Below, piece by piece: positions 59,801-59,818 of a stretch of DNA of 59,818 bases. This DNA is from an uncultured Alphaproteobacteria bacterium. Lineage in GTDB: Bacteria > Pseudomonadota > Alphaproteobacteria > RF32 > CAG-239. Positions within the stretch are counted from its first letter, which is position 1, and each line of letters starts with the position of its first letter. Both the position numbers and the translations under genes were made by a program. The notes beneath the pieces are model-generated. The model was not told the origin of the DNA, ran no database searches, and was given only the letters and a program-made list of their open reading frames with translations. Where the stretch lies: positions 1 through 59,818 of the forward strand of contig CALXRR010000002.1 in assembly GCA_944390905.1 (NCBI GenBank). The letters run 5' to 3'.

Positions 59801-59818
59801 AAAAAGTAGGGGACATTT

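Overview
The window looks alphaproteobacterial, possibly from an intracellular symbiont. That rests only on cmk-rpsA synteny, a DUF1058-type SH3 protein and dense short palindromic repeats.

About 17 kb on the left is mostly housekeeping:
- rsmE, cmk, rpsA and gpt
- tRNA-Arg(CCU)
- two tandem porin paralogs
- an M20 peptidase and an NMO-family flavoprotein
- an RquA-like methyltransferase
- a vWA/PP2C/Ser-Thr-kinase TerY-P triad

The remaining roughly 39 kb is one divergently transcribed envelope-machine supercluster.
- **Minus strand, 29512 down to 17381:** an R64/PAPI-1-style type IVb pilus operon. It has a PilL-like lipoprotein, PilN-type secretin, PilO/PilP-like proteins, a GspE/PilQ ATPase, a GspF/PilR platform, a pilin-like protein, a prepilin and a PilT-family ATPase.
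- **Plus strand, 29840 to 55947:** a VirB-type type IV secretion system with a very atypical architecture.
  - There are three VirB2 paralogs, one embedded in an 847-aa protein.
  - virB3 and virB4 follow, then a block of four secreted coiled-coil proteins where VirB5/VirB6 normally sit.
  - virB8 is duplicated around a small lipoprotein.
  - VirB9 is fused to a SPOR-like domain.
  - A 1143-aa protein is built from a 17-residue repeat.
  - A 1484-aa VirB10 carries the same repeat family between its N-terminal hydrophobic segment and the TrbI/VirB10 barrel domain.
  - virB11 closes the locus.
  - No VirB6, VirB1, VirD4, relaxase or prepilin peptidase is visible in the window.

The T4SS ends in a 1.2-kb non-coding stretch packed with palindromic repeat families. 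The window is bracketed by two paralogous Cys-rich DUF1566-like secreted-protein genes that share their 5' leader and 3' repeat module. The repeat-expanded VirB9/VirB10 module and the general enlargement of the periplasmic and surface components are the best candidates for new biology.
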